Of a stretch of 64,000 nt of DNA, positions 9,395-20,418 are shown one piece after another (position 1 is the stretch's first letter; each line of letters begins with the position of its first letter). The notes under the pieces were generated by a model. It was not told where the DNA came from. It made no database searches and was given only the letters and a program-made list of their open reading frames with translations. Origin of the DNA: Trypanosoma brucei (taxonomy: Eukaryota); contig CP000067.1 of NCBI GenBank assembly GCA_000002445.1, positions 384,001 through 448,000 on the forward strand, written 5' to 3'. The position numbers and the translations under genes are program-made.

Positions 9395-12300
9395 TCACCT
9401 CTGTAAGTGTCTCTTGAACGCCTCTCGCTTCTTCGCCACCGCGTTGCTGTAGGCATCCCGGTACGTTTTGTTCCGCTCATCCGTTATGTCCACCTCCACT
9501 ACCTTGTAGCGGAAATTGAAGGGCACTCGACCTCCCGCCAAATTACTTAGTCGCCTTGCAAGACGATAGCGTTGTTTGTTAGACGCTCCGCGGTTCCTCA
9601 GTTGCTCCAACTCAAGTGGTGCCAGTCTGCGGTGCTTTTTGTGTGCTTCTCCAGGCTCTTTTCTTGATGCGGCAGCGGCCGCGGCGGCCGCTGCCTCTCG
9701 TTCCAACGCGGCGTCAGGGTTTACGGCATCAAATTGCTCAAACAGGGATCCAAGCGTAGACGCTTCAGCCATGCGAACACCAATGGGAACAACGGAGTGC
9801 TCCGACTCGTACATGTCCATTAGTTTCATTTGATCTTGTGCTGATTTCTCCTCATTTTCTGTGAGGTTAACTGGTAGTAGAGCACTGACTGAACCCTCTG
9901 AATTCTTCCCACTATCCTCGTCATCACCAAGCATATCAAGCCATGAAACCCCACCTTCCCGTACCTCCTCTCCACACAGTGTATGTAGATGAGCAGAATC
10001 AGCCGCTTTTACAGATCCCTCTCCCGCACCTGTCACCCGCCGAGGCGCGGCAGGGAAGTTCAACTTGGGCTCAAAGTCCAAACCTACGCATAAATTCGGA
10101 TTGTCATCGACAAGTCCCCCCTCTCCGATCACAGCGCCCTCCGGTGGTTCCGATGACAAGACGTTTACTTGACCTGCGAACAAAGAAGCAACTTCGTCGT
10201 GACGCAAACGTTGTACGAGATGCGCATCGTCCGTGCACAGCACAACGTTGGTTTCTTTTGGGGCAATCGCGCGTACCATTGCCAATACCAGGAGCAGGTG
10301 ATCATTATCAGATCCTGCGCTATCAACTGCACCTGTGACAATTTGGGACAGCAGACATTCACTGAAGTGCAGTACTCTCCGCTTCACATTTCCCTTGTCA
10401 TTAAGTAGAAGGGCGTAGAGGCTGCGCAGTCGCTGTGATGCAATAAACTGATCTTCTTTTCCTACCTCCTGCAGCGCCTCATCGTATGACACTACCTCTC
10501 CGTCTGGCGCATCGAGCACCGAGGATATTTGGCGCAGACAGAAGTAAGGTACTAATACAAGCGAATGTCCTCCATTTTCCTCTTCATTCAACGAGCCTAA
10601 GCCAAGAAAAGCTTCACTGGACTCCACAAAAGAGGAATCCAGCAGATAAATTGTGTGGTATCCGAGCAACTTACGTGCCAGCGAGGTGATATCCGTTGCG
10701 ACCGCGTCACTGGGCGGTAACGCATAGCCATCGAAGTGCTGACAGGAACCCACTAAGCTAATGTCAAGCTTCGGCATATGTTGCGTGATCTCATCCAGTG
10801 CTCTCTCAACCTCCGCCTCACCGGTGCAATTGCGGTAATGCCTCGCAACAGCAATACGGAAGACTTCATCGAAAACCACCACATCTTCAGAGGGATAACT
10901 AACGGCACCCTTCGCCCCAACCAGCAACTCTTGTACCCTCACAGGCCCCAAACCCTCCATGAGAATCCGGTAGAGCTCTACCCCGTTCAGTGCGTTGCGG
11001 TAGTGAAAAAATTCCGCATAGTTGAACTTCCAGTACAGCTCAACCTCCCTCGTTACGTCGTAATCCTCGTCAATTTTACACCTCTCCTCGATACTCTTCA
11101 GTCCCTCCTTCAACAAATTTAACTGTTCCTCGGATGACCCCTCGCTGCGCACAATCATCACCGCCCGCGTTAGGTCTAGAACGCGCAACTTTGCGTTTTC
11201 CATGCGCCGCAACGTGCGAAGCGCTAGTGAGGGTTGAGTGGCCGATAAGGCGACTATTAGATAATGATACAACTCAGCTGTAACACCACCCTCCTCCACA
11301 AGCACTCTACGAAAGGCCACCGCCGCCGGGTCTGCATAGTGACGCCAAATGTCTCGCTCACCCGAGCGATGCTTTGTTGCGCTCGTCTGTTCCTTCTCTG
11401 CTGTGATCCGCTGCCTATACTCATTTACTAGCGCCACAACTCCCTTCACATCGCCGGTCCACGCCGTCCGCTCAAGATCAGCGACGAAACTTGGGTGCAG
11501 AAGCGAGTCGCGAAGGCGTGGCTGAACGAGTGTGGGAGCCTCCCACGGAACTGCTGCTTCCATGTGCGGAAATATGGTGTGGCGACTGACGGTTGGCCAC
11601 GAGGTTGCACCGGGCACAACCTGTGGCGTGTTGGGGAGGTTGTCGATGAACTGGAGGAGTTCCGGTTTGGCAGTGGGCTCAATCCGTAACTTCAGCGCCT
11701 TGAATGCTGCAAAGAGTCCTTCCAACTCCTGTTGCTCCTCGCTGGTGGTTGGTTGAAAGTGTGCCATGGCAGTTTGACCCGTCACATCGTTCTTCACTGG
11801 CGAGCAGTAGCGACCCAAATATGCCTCCCAAACCCCCTCCGTCATATCCTCCGTGATTTCGTCACTTGGTGACGCGGCTGCGATGTGCAACAGCCATGTG
11901 TAGTGTGATAGTGGGAACGATTGACCAGCTTCAACGAGGTACTGCTGCCAGCGGAACGCCGCCGTTACATCTCTGCCCAAGGCGCAAAGTCGAAAGAACT
12001 CCTGATAACTTTCCTTCCCTACCTTGTGGCTGTGTACCATGAACTGAAAGACATGTTGAGCGTACATGTATGCCTTCCTCTTGGGCACTGGCCGCCGCTC
12101 CAGTTGCACAACCGCCGTGCACCATGACAGCAACCTGGCGCAGTGGTAGTCACTCAAGAGGTGACGGTGCTGATGAAGCTTAAAGGCCATGTACCACGGT
12201 CGCGGCTCGCGGTACAACTGTCGTCGTAATGTCTCAAGGTTTTGACTGGCACTCCATGCGCGGAATATGTCCCTGTGGTGCGCCCGAACCTTCACACCGC

Positions 12301-12427
12301 CCCACATAAGTGTATATGTACTTATATACACCGAGCCGCCTGCAACAACCAAAACCAGATAGAGGAAAGTGAAAAAAAAAGGCAGTGGGGAAAATAACCA
12401 TCCCAATTCAGAAACGTAATAAAACAC
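9395..12427 (-). CDS. Large hypothetical protein with helical-repeat (PPR/TPR-like) regions and a poly-Ala tract. Probably a mitochondrial RNA-binding type protein. The called N-terminus is likely over-extended.
   Basis: 1010 aa ORF. It has repeated amphipathic helix pairs (YTWLLHIAAASPSDE, YHYLIVALSATQP, LYRILMEGLGP) and an A9 tract encoded near 9672-9700. The first ~40 codons (MFYYVSELGWLFSPLPFFF...) are hydrophobic low-complexity and overlap a purine-rich-on-plus (polyY on transcript) tract at ~12360-12400. The true start is more likely M41 (ATG 12307) or later. Confidence 0.55.
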   Translation of the reverse strand: MFYYVSELGWLFSPLPFFFTFLYLVLVVAGGSVYISTYTLMWGGVKVRAHHRDIFRAWSASQNLETLRRQLYREPRPWYMAFKLHQHRHLLSDYHCARLLSWCTAVVQLERRPVPKRKAYMYAQHVFQFMVHSHKVGKESYQEFFRLCALGRDVTAAFRWQQYLVEAGQSFPLSHYTWLLHIAAASPSDEITEDMTEGVWEAYLGRYCSPVKNDVTGQTAMAHFQPTTSEEQQELEGLFAAFKALKLRIEPTAKPELLQFIDNLPNTPQVVPGATSWPTVSRHTIFPHMEAAVPWEAPTLVQPRLRDSLLHPSFVADLERTAWTGDVKGVVALVNEYRQRITAEKEQTSATKHRSGERDIWRHYADPAAVAFRRVLVEEGGVTAELYHYLIVALSATQPSLALRTLRRMENAKLRVLDLTRAVMIVRSEGSSEEQLNLLKEGLKSIEERCKIDEDYDVTREVELYWKFNYAEFFHYRNALNGVELYRILMEGLGPVRVQELLVGAKGAVSYPSEDVVVFDEVFRIAVARHYRNCTGEAEVERALDEITQHMPKLDISLVGSCQHFDGYALPPSDAVATDITSLARKLLGYHTIYLLDSSFVESSEAFLGLGSLNEEENGGHSLVLVPYFCLRQISSVLDAPDGEVVSYDEALQEVGKEDQFIASQRLRSLYALLLNDKGNVKRRVLHFSECLLSQIVTGAVDSAGSDNDHLLLVLAMVRAIAPKETNVVLCTDDAHLVQRLRHDEVASLFAGQVNVLSSEPPEGAVIGEGGLVDDNPNLCVGLDFEPKLNFPAAPRRVTGAGEGSVKAADSAHLHTLCGEEVREGGVSWLDMLGDDEDSGKNSEGSVSALLPVNLTENEEKSAQDQMKLMDMYESEHSVVPIGVRMAEASTLGSLFEQFDAVNPDAALEREAAAAAAAAASRKEPGEAHKKHRRLAPLELEQLRNRGASNKQRYRLARRLSNLAGGRVPFNFRYKVVEVDITDERNKTYRDAYSNAVAKKREAFKRHLQR

Positions 12428-12759
12428 ACGTATTACAGGTACGTGAAGAAGAATAGAGTGGGAATGTTGATCCTCTCCCTCGTTCAGCTAAGCGAGTTTC
12501 CCTATTACAAGGGGAAAGAGTTCATTATGTAAATATAGATCGACAGATATATAGTACATTCCTTCTCCTTTCTTCCATCTCTCTCTCTCTCCCTCACTTT
12601 TTTTTTTCGCCTTCCCTACCTTTTTCTTACCCGTTTGACATACAAACTCGTCTATACAATTAATGTTAATGTCGCTATAAGGAATAAACTCTCATGTCTT
12701 ACGTCTGGTAACTTTCGCCGACTGCTTGCTTTCCTTCGTACCAGCAAACGCAACCATTC

Positions 12760-12960
12760 ATCAAAGGAGAGAAAAAAAAAAACACAAAAGAAAAAAAGAA
12801 AAAAAGGCATCTCTACTGTTGCCAACATCATCAGCAGCAGCAGCAGCTTCCCGTAAGGACAAAACGCGGCAGCAGCGACAGTCATCGAAGTACCCACAAA
12901 AAAAAAAAAAAGAGAGCACCAACCATAAAAACGCAAGAAAACGAAACAAGGAATTGCCTA
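12760..12960 (-). promoter_or_regulatory. Polypyrimidine tracts (on the transcribed minus strand). Candidate trans-splicing / polyadenylation guide region upstream of the 9395..12427 gene.
   Basis: The plus strand is almost pure purine (gagaaaaaaaaaaacacaaaagaaaaaaagaaaaaaagg ... aaaaaaaaaaaaagagagcaccaacc), so the minus-strand transcript has long U/C tracts. In kinetoplastids such tracts direct SL addition at a downstream AG and poly(A) of the upstream gene. The exact acceptor sites are not determinable by eye. Confidence 0.4.
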
Positions 12961-14736
12961 TGCGCTTATTGGGCCCCCCTTTCTTCACTTTCCCACAACG
13001 CACCGCAGACGGACGAACGAATGGGGAAGAGAATCACCAGTTCGCACAGCAACCACAACACGGTAATAAAAGTTTAACAAACTAACGAACAAGCGCTAGT
13101 GCGCAAATTTTGTTGGTTTGACATTTTCAACGCAATCGTTCTTTATCCACTTTTCTTTTTGAAGGAAAAAATTATGGGGGAAAACCGCAGCGAAAGAAGT
13201 TGCTGACTAAATTCATATGGGCAGCGTACCTTGGGCCTCCTTAGGGGTTTCACAGTGTTGAGAGAGTGGGGAAGAAGGGGAAAAAAAAACAAAAAAGAAA
13301 CGGAGCCAACCAAACCAAACCAACGGTCATTCGGGAAACGGAATGAATGGGACGCAGTGAAAAAAACATATTCACACACACACACAATATATATATATAT
13401 ATATGCAAGTGTAAATGTAGGGGGAATGGATGAAAGAAGGAAGAGGAAAAGGAATAGAACTATCAGATGATGGGAAGGGAGAGAAGGTGAGTGGGCTGAG
13501 TCTTGATACTGCAACGTACGAAAATACCGTCGAAACACTGACAAGAGGGCAAGGCAAAAAAAAAAAGAAAGAAAAACAAAACAAACAAGCATGAAAATTA
13601 GTCTGAATATAAAACACCACTCTCCTGTATCTTCCCTCTATCCTTCCTCCTTCAAATCCTGACTAAAGGCACTGAAGAGACGCCATATACGAGTATATAT
13701 ATATATATATATAATCCTTCCCATTCCCCATCTTTTTACCTCTCACATTATCAGTCCCCCGCCTGCCACCCTCGTCATTCATATCCGTTTCGTCTGATGT
13801 TGGCGGCACCACTTTCTTTTCTTTTTTTTTTCTTCCTCACCATTTTAACAACATAAATATTATCACTCAAATGTGTCTTACGACTACATCTTAAAAGGCT
13901 GATATCACCACTCACTATTTCCTTTTCACCCACATCATATCTCTGCATTTATAAATATATTTACATAGATACAATGTGTTTAATAACAGGTCGTTTCCTC
14001 TTCTGTATTATCGTATCATACCCCGACTTGTAGACTTTTCACTGCATCGCTAACGTTACATGCGCCCACCAAAGAGTAAAAAAAAAAGTTAAGTGATGGG
14101 AAGGAGAAAAAGGGGTGCGTGTGTGTAGAAAAACTCGTTTTTTTTTTCCTCCGTGTAATTTGTTATTTCTCTTTTTCTATTGGTATAGTAATTTATTATT
14201 TCCTTTCCTTTCTCTCTTTATCTTTTTTCCCTATTCTCCGCTTCGGCTGCATTTTCATATCCCTTCCCACGTCTTCGCCTTCGTCTTTATGTTTTCTTTC
14301 TTCTTACCTCCACGCATGCATATATCTCCACTTCTCATTTCATTTCTTCGACGACCGTCGACAGCAGCAACACAAGAATATAAAGTAAAAAAGTGACGGT
14401 ACAAAAAAATTCATGTGAACAAGAAAAGCAACAAACGGAAAAGTGAAGCGAAGGGAACGAAGGATACACATGATGGACACCACGTTGTGTGAACCGGTCC
14501 CCCCCGCCCACACACAAAAAAATACCAAAACACGCACACCTTTTCCTCCTTCTGGCCCACTGGCGGGTAATAATCATGACGACGATGATAGTAATGATGT
14601 TGATGACAAAGGTTTACTATTTCCTCTTTTCATTTTCCTGTTCCTTCCCCTTATTATTATTAATATTTTTTTTTCTCTCCTCAACTTTCCTCACACGCCT
14701 TTACATCCTTAAAGGGGCCCATTAGCGGCACCATTT

Positions 14737-16263
14737 TCAATTCTTTCCCCTCCTTCGCACTACGATCCACGCCGCCACACCGATGAGGCCGGCCACCATT
14801 GTTGTGACAACGAGTCCAGCCCGACTTACAGACCGCGCGTTAACCGACCCGTCCGCTGGGGGAAGTTCGCCTGCGCTAATCATCTGTTCAATACTCGCAC
14901 GCAATGTCTCCTGCATGGGTGTAAACTTCATGCCCAGCTCAGTCGTTGCTTTGCGCGTGTCCAAGCACTTCCTGACGCCTAACGTACGCCACAGAAAGCG
15001 TATGCTCACCTGTGAATGCGTCGCTCCAATGATGAGTGTCATGAGCGTGTTGGCTGTGCGCGTCGGTGGGGTGAGGTGCGGGTATTCATTTCTGATGAGC
15101 TTCCCAATCTCTGCGAAACTAAAGCACCCGCCGGAGACTATGACCCTCTGATCTTTCACCTCCTGACACTCTAGTGCCCGGACGTGGGCTTCAGCAACAT
15201 CCCGTACGTCCACAAAATTCCAGTGCAAGTTTGGTGCGTATGGGAAGTACGACGAGGCGGTGGCTAAATGTTGTATTCTCTTCATGGCATCACTAACCTC
15301 TTCAGTGCGGCTAGGGCCTATTGTGATGGACGGGAGGATCACCACTAACTCCACCCCCAGCATCTGCTTCAATCTCCATGCTTCCTTCTCAAAATATATA
15401 CGAGCATAAGGAATGGGATCGGTATCGTTTGTTGCGACACTGTTCCAACAGGACTCGTCGAAGGCGCCGGACGGTGGCTCGGGATCCGTGACGTGAAAGA
15501 CGGACGATGCGGCACCGTGTATCACCACTCGCTTTACCGTTGATTTACCAGCCTGCCGAATGGCGTTGAAGAGCGCCTGGACAGCACTTAGGTGAAACTC
15601 AACCGTGTCCTTATCAGTAGAGCTAACGGGACATCCGCAGTGGATGACATACTTGCAACCCCGCAGAGCGTCACGCAGCGAATTTGTATTAGTCATGTCC
15701 GCCTCGAATATAGAAAGTCGTTGCTCGTGGTCGCGACCCACGGAGGAAAGTGCCGCTTGCTGCTGTGGTGTTAGGGCACCACTCCCGGTGATGCGCACGC
15801 TGTAACCTGCCTCAAGCGCCTTGTTGACAACGTGGCTGGACACGTAACCGACACCACCAACAATCAGAACGACTGTCTTGCTTCGGAGGCTTTTGGCGCG
15901 TTCCTTCTCGGTTTCAGATGACAACTGGCTAAGGATTGTCGAAACCGTAGCTCCGGGGGCAATCTTCGGTTGCTGCTGCTGGCCTTGTTGACCTGCGCGG
16001 TGAGGGCTCCCCCGCGTTCCATTTGACAGCGCAACGTCTTCATCGGAGAGAATCTCACCACACGCTGCGTTAAGGTCTAACGTGCTGCCTGAGAACACTT
16101 TATGCAGTGTGTGAGCGCAAGGCTGAGGCCGCACTGGTTGCCCATCCTCGGTGAAATAATCAGCTCCGGGGCCCAGTACATGTGGCTGCTTCACTAAGTT
16201 GAAGTCCCGGACTGTCTCCATATGCTCGAGGGAAAGACAGCTGCCGGAGAATACACGAAGCAT
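14737..16263 (-). CDS. NAD(P)-dependent epimerase/dehydratase (extended SDR, 3beta-HSD / cinnamoyl-CoA-reductase-like) with a C-terminal transmembrane anchor
   Basis: 508 aa. It has the Rossmann motif VVLIVGGVGYVSSHVVNKALEAGYSV (GxxGxxG) and YxxxK-type SDR core features. The C-terminus GLVVTTMVAGLIGVAAWIVVRRRGKN is a TM helix. There is an N-terminal extension of ~130 aa. Confidence 0.7.
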   Translation of the reverse strand: MLRVFSGSCLSLEHMETVRDFNLVKQPHVLGPGADYFTEDGQPVRPQPCAHTLHKVFSGSTLDLNAACGEILSDEDVALSNGTRGSPHRAGQQGQQQQPKIAPGATVSTILSQLSSETEKERAKSLRSKTVVLIVGGVGYVSSHVVNKALEAGYSVRITGSGALTPQQQAALSSVGRDHEQRLSIFEADMTNTNSLRDALRGCKYVIHCGCPVSSTDKDTVEFHLSAVQALFNAIRQAGKSTVKRVVIHGAASSVFHVTDPEPPSGAFDESCWNSVATNDTDPIPYARIYFEKEAWRLKQMLGVELVVILPSITIGPSRTEEVSDAMKRIQHLATASSYFPYAPNLHWNFVDVRDVAEAHVRALECQEVKDQRVIVSGGCFSFAEIGKLIRNEYPHLTPPTRTANTLMTLIIGATHSQVSIRFLWRTLGVRKCLDTRKATTELGMKFTPMQETLRASIEQMISAGELPPADGSVNARSVSRAGLVVTTMVAGLIGVAAWIVVRRRGKN

Positions 16264-18145
16264 GTTTGACGTTCTTTCTAGAATTTGCCTTTTTTTAAAT
16301 TGTTATTACCCCTCTTATTCACTTTGTTAGAATATATATATATATGTATTTGTTCTTATTCTTATTCTTGTTCCTTTAACTTTACTTTCGTGATACCTTC
16401 CTGACTCTTCTCCTTTGAAGCGGGATTCCTCCTTTTGTTAGAGAAAATTCAAGAAAGTATTTATTCACTTTCGTTACCTTCCCACCGCACACAGATGAAG
16501 GAGGCGTGCGAACAATTAAAAACCGAGTGGAGACCGTCGACTTGGTTTGCCCGTTACTTTCTCCGCTGCTTACACTTTTTTCCCCCTTTCCCTACTCTTT
16601 AAGGCGAAACTTCTTCCCGTTATGTGACACCCGTTCTCACACTAGTCGATACAATAAGTATGTATATATTTATTTAAATATGCAAAACAGTTCTGAAACT
16701 GAAGTAATTTCACTGCCAATTCCTTCCTTTTTTTCTCTTCCCCCGTCTTTCTTGTTCTCCTTCACGCTTTCCGACTCGTGCCCTTCTCTAAATATGTTTC
16801 TTTTTCTGTGGGCGATGAACGTATAAAGGCTGTCAGGCGCAGAAGAAACGTCACCCAGTAAGACGAAAGAGAGCAAAGTGGTGACGGAGTGAAAGAGTTG
16901 GGGTTGTGTAAACTAAATAAATTAAATTAAACAAATTGATGTTTCTCTACCTTTTTTTTTAACCGTATCGCGGCTCCCCCTTGTCACACACGCACCTCCT
17001 ACGCTGGTGGTACCTAAACACGTATCGACTTGTAGCAAATTACTCTGATAAAGCCCCGAAACAAAACAGAGCGTAACAAAAAAAAGGAAAAGGAAAAGAA
17101 GTTTAAATATGAAGTACTGAGCAGTGAAAGTCAAGACGTATGTGTGCATACAATGCATCTCACCGAACGCATAGGGAAAAGGAAAAGTTATTGGTTACGG
17201 CAAAGTAAGCAACCGCCAGCATGTCAAAAAATGTGAGCTACACTCAACTGATAACTTATAAGGCTTGCATGTTTATGTGTGTGTGATCATATACAAGTAC
17301 GTGCGTATGTACATGCGCATATATAAAGAAAAAAAAACAGTGTAAGCCAGTGGAATGGCAGCACAAGGAGAAAATGAACGTAGGAGGAGGATCAGATCAC
17401 TCGCTGCGCGCAACGTAAGAGAAAAAAAAGTGATTGTAAACTATAACCTCCTTCTACAGTCTTCACCCCTCCCCCCCACCTCCCCCTAATTCAACACCGC
17501 TTCGAACTGCTTTGCATTCCTTGCATTTCTTCCCTTCCCTCACATTCCTGTCCCGTAATCGCCTCCGTTCGGAAGCAATAATGGGATTTGAGTAAAACAA
17601 CGTGCAGGAGAGAAGAAATGTGTAGCCGCACAAAAATAAGGGCCCCCCATTGGTGAAACACAAAAACCAATCGACGGGAAGTTGCAAACGAGCTTCAAGC
17701 GAAAAGCAAACATCCATTAAAAAAAAAGTGAAGAGAAAACTAGTCAATCACTTGCAGCATCTTCGCGATTGCCTCTCTCCACCTCCACCTCCACCTCCAT
17801 CTCCACCCTCACCTCTCTTTATCTCTTTCCTCTTTTCCATTACTTTATAATGCTCTCTAATTTCCCGACCCGTAGTGCCCCGGTCCAAACCTCTTGACTA
17901 TGGTGAACTTCGATACACAAGTGAAAACTGTCAGCAATCAGCACCGGGAAAAAAAAAAGAAAACACGGTATATAAAGGTTGTGCAGGACAACGGAATAAT
18001 ATAAGTAACTGTTCATTCCTTTCCCAACTCACTCCCTCCCTTTTCCCCCCTTTCCCCCTTCCTGTGGATTGTGCAAGGCTGAATTCACATTCACATCCAC
18101 AAATACACTTATACACACTCACCTGCACCCACCTTATCGCCTTTC

Positions 18146-19528
18146 TCAGTGGCGGTAGTACACAACCTGCGAGTCGGCAGGCACGGGACGCCGGACGATG
18201 GCCCCCGACAGTCCGTGATTGCGCCCGCTCAAGCGGCTGCTCATCTGCAGTTGGTCCCTGCTAACTGTGGTGGCAATAGAAACCCCTACTTTCCTCTCCG
18301 TGGTTTCGTTTGCGTGGCCTGGTGGGCTACCACCGAGAACGGCCATGGACCTTCCCGAGATAAGCTGTTCCGCATCTGCGGTTCGCTTCTCCAATCGGCA
18401 GAGTTCCTCGTTTAGACGCTCGTCAAGGGTATCCATGTAGCTGTTAGTGTCTGGAACCGACGTCGTGGAGCGGTTGTCCATGATTGACCCATCACCGAGA
18501 GACATACGCCTCCTCTTCAAATGCACTTCATCCAGCGAATTTAACAACGACTTTTCATCGAGGCTGTCTCCAAGGAAGGTCGAGCATGTCCCCCACTTGC
18601 GATCTGTGTTTGTAACAGCCGTACTGGCTGAATCACACTCCATACGGGGATGTACTCTCGGTGAGACGCGACCACCGGAGCCGCTTGTTCGGGTACCGGA
18701 TGCACACGCATTTGCCGCTGCCTCCGATTCCCCTTCATGCTCAATCGAGAGAACATCCATCGATGCGTTTAACGACCCGTTCAAAGCCAATGGCGCTTGA
18801 GTGTTTGGCAGAGCTGCGAGTATGGGACTGCACCGCACGGTTACAACGCGCTGCTGCTGCCTCGCGGCCGCCCCAATGAGCCTTGACCTCACAGGGTGCC
18901 GAAGCCGCTTCCAAGGTACGTTGGTGTAGATTGTGGGCAGTGGGACTATGCACTCCGATTCGCCTGGTGGCAAATAACATTGCGTTCCCTCATCCGCTTC
19001 CTGCACCACCGGTGGCCCCTTCACTGTTTCGCTTACGCAAATACGTGCCAGGACAACCTGCATCCACACTCGGTTCATGATTCCCACCTTATCACCAACT
19101 CGGAGGATGGTGGACTCGTTGCGACACAAAACGGTTGTTCGACTCTCCTCCACCGCCTGCAAACTGCTGCAGTTTCCCACGGTCTCCCGGCGGACGACCG
19201 TCAGGGGGTTCTCGCCAACGCACGTAAGTACAAGGCAGTAGGCGACCTGTGGGTGGATTGGCGTTGCAGCCGCATGATGAACATCTGCGCTGTCGAATGT
19301 TTCCTTCTCACTCGCCTCTACAGCAAATGTCATCACTCGTCGGGAACACCGGGGGTTGTTCCCAAGATGCCAGTAAAGTTCTGGCGAGTGCCTGCCTAAG
19401 ACTGGCGCCTTAGCAGCAGACAGCGGAAACGGGAAGTCCACATGATGTTCATTTGGACGGCTGCTGATGTGTGCTAAAAAGCAACGCAGCTCCATTTCCT
19501 CCTGGGTGTCGAGTGGAAACAAGAGCAA
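18146..19528 (-). CDS. Hypothetical protein, 460 aa
   Basis: Long ORF co-oriented with the array. It has mixed-complexity composition and a short coiled-coil-like C-terminal segment (LNEELCRLEKRTADAEQLI). No recognisable catalytic motifs. Confidence 0.5.
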   Translation of the reverse strand: MLLFPLDTQEEMELRCFLAHISSRPNEHHVDFPFPLSAAKAPVLGRHSPELYWHLGNNPRCSRRVMTFAVEASEKETFDSADVHHAAATPIHPQVAYCLVLTCVGENPLTVVRRETVGNCSSLQAVEESRTTVLCRNESTILRVGDKVGIMNRVWMQVVLARICVSETVKGPPVVQEADEGTQCYLPPGESECIVPLPTIYTNVPWKRLRHPVRSRLIGAAARQQQRVVTVRCSPILAALPNTQAPLALNGSLNASMDVLSIEHEGESEAAANACASGTRTSGSGGRVSPRVHPRMECDSASTAVTNTDRKWGTCSTFLGDSLDEKSLLNSLDEVHLKRRRMSLGDGSIMDNRSTTSVPDTNSYMDTLDERLNEELCRLEKRTADAEQLISGRSMAVLGGSPPGHANETTERKVGVSIATTVSRDQLQMSSRLSGRNHGLSGAIVRRPVPADSQVVYYRH

Positions 19529-20418
19529 AGTTACGTAAACAAGGAAAGGTTAAAGCAGAGGAAGACACGCACAGAAAAGTGGAAGGGAAGAGCCGGCGCA
19601 AAAGGGCACACGGGGATCCCGAGGGGAAGGGAGTGTGTAAACCGGTGCACGGCCCCAAACCAGAGAAATACAGTATATGACGATCTATGTGAATGAGTAA
19701 AGGAGAACGGTTACACGGTATAGAATAAGACCAAACTGAATACTAGCCACACCGTCATTATCACACCGGATAAGCAAAGTATATGACTGCACTGGGGATG
19801 TGTGGTGTAGAGTAGCTACATAAAAGACAACAAAGATTAAATGCACACCCCTTCAAAAAACGAGAAGGGATCTTAGAAAGGAAATCCAAAGGTGCGGCAG
19901 GTTGGTAAGTTCCTCCCCATCCTCCACCGGAACATGAAAAAGGAACAAGTGTAATGCCAATACCGAATAAAATGGCTTCGCATCCAATGAAATGCACGCT
20001 CACACGCAACTGCCGTGCGGTTGATGTGCCGTCCCGCCGTCAACATTTGCGGTTTGCTGTCCCCTTTTCTCATGCGATAATTATAGACAATAATATATCT
20101 GTGTTCTGTGCCTTTACCCGATTTGGACATTTTGACCACGGAACCACCAGTAGCAACCAATGAGGGAGCATAACGGGCATGGGAGAAACGGATGTTTGCT
20201 CGTTCTCTCCTACCCAACTGGAACCCGCCACTACACCATACGACGGGGCTCCAACCGAGAAAACTTCCACTTCTCTCCGCGCTGCAGCATCTTTCCCCGC
20301 CTCTCTCAGCACAGTGCCCTCATATCGAGGCCCTAAGGTCAACCTCCCCATACATGCATTAAGTACACCGTGACACAACGGTAACTCCAGCTACCCACGG
20401 AACACCACTGTTGCTGTG

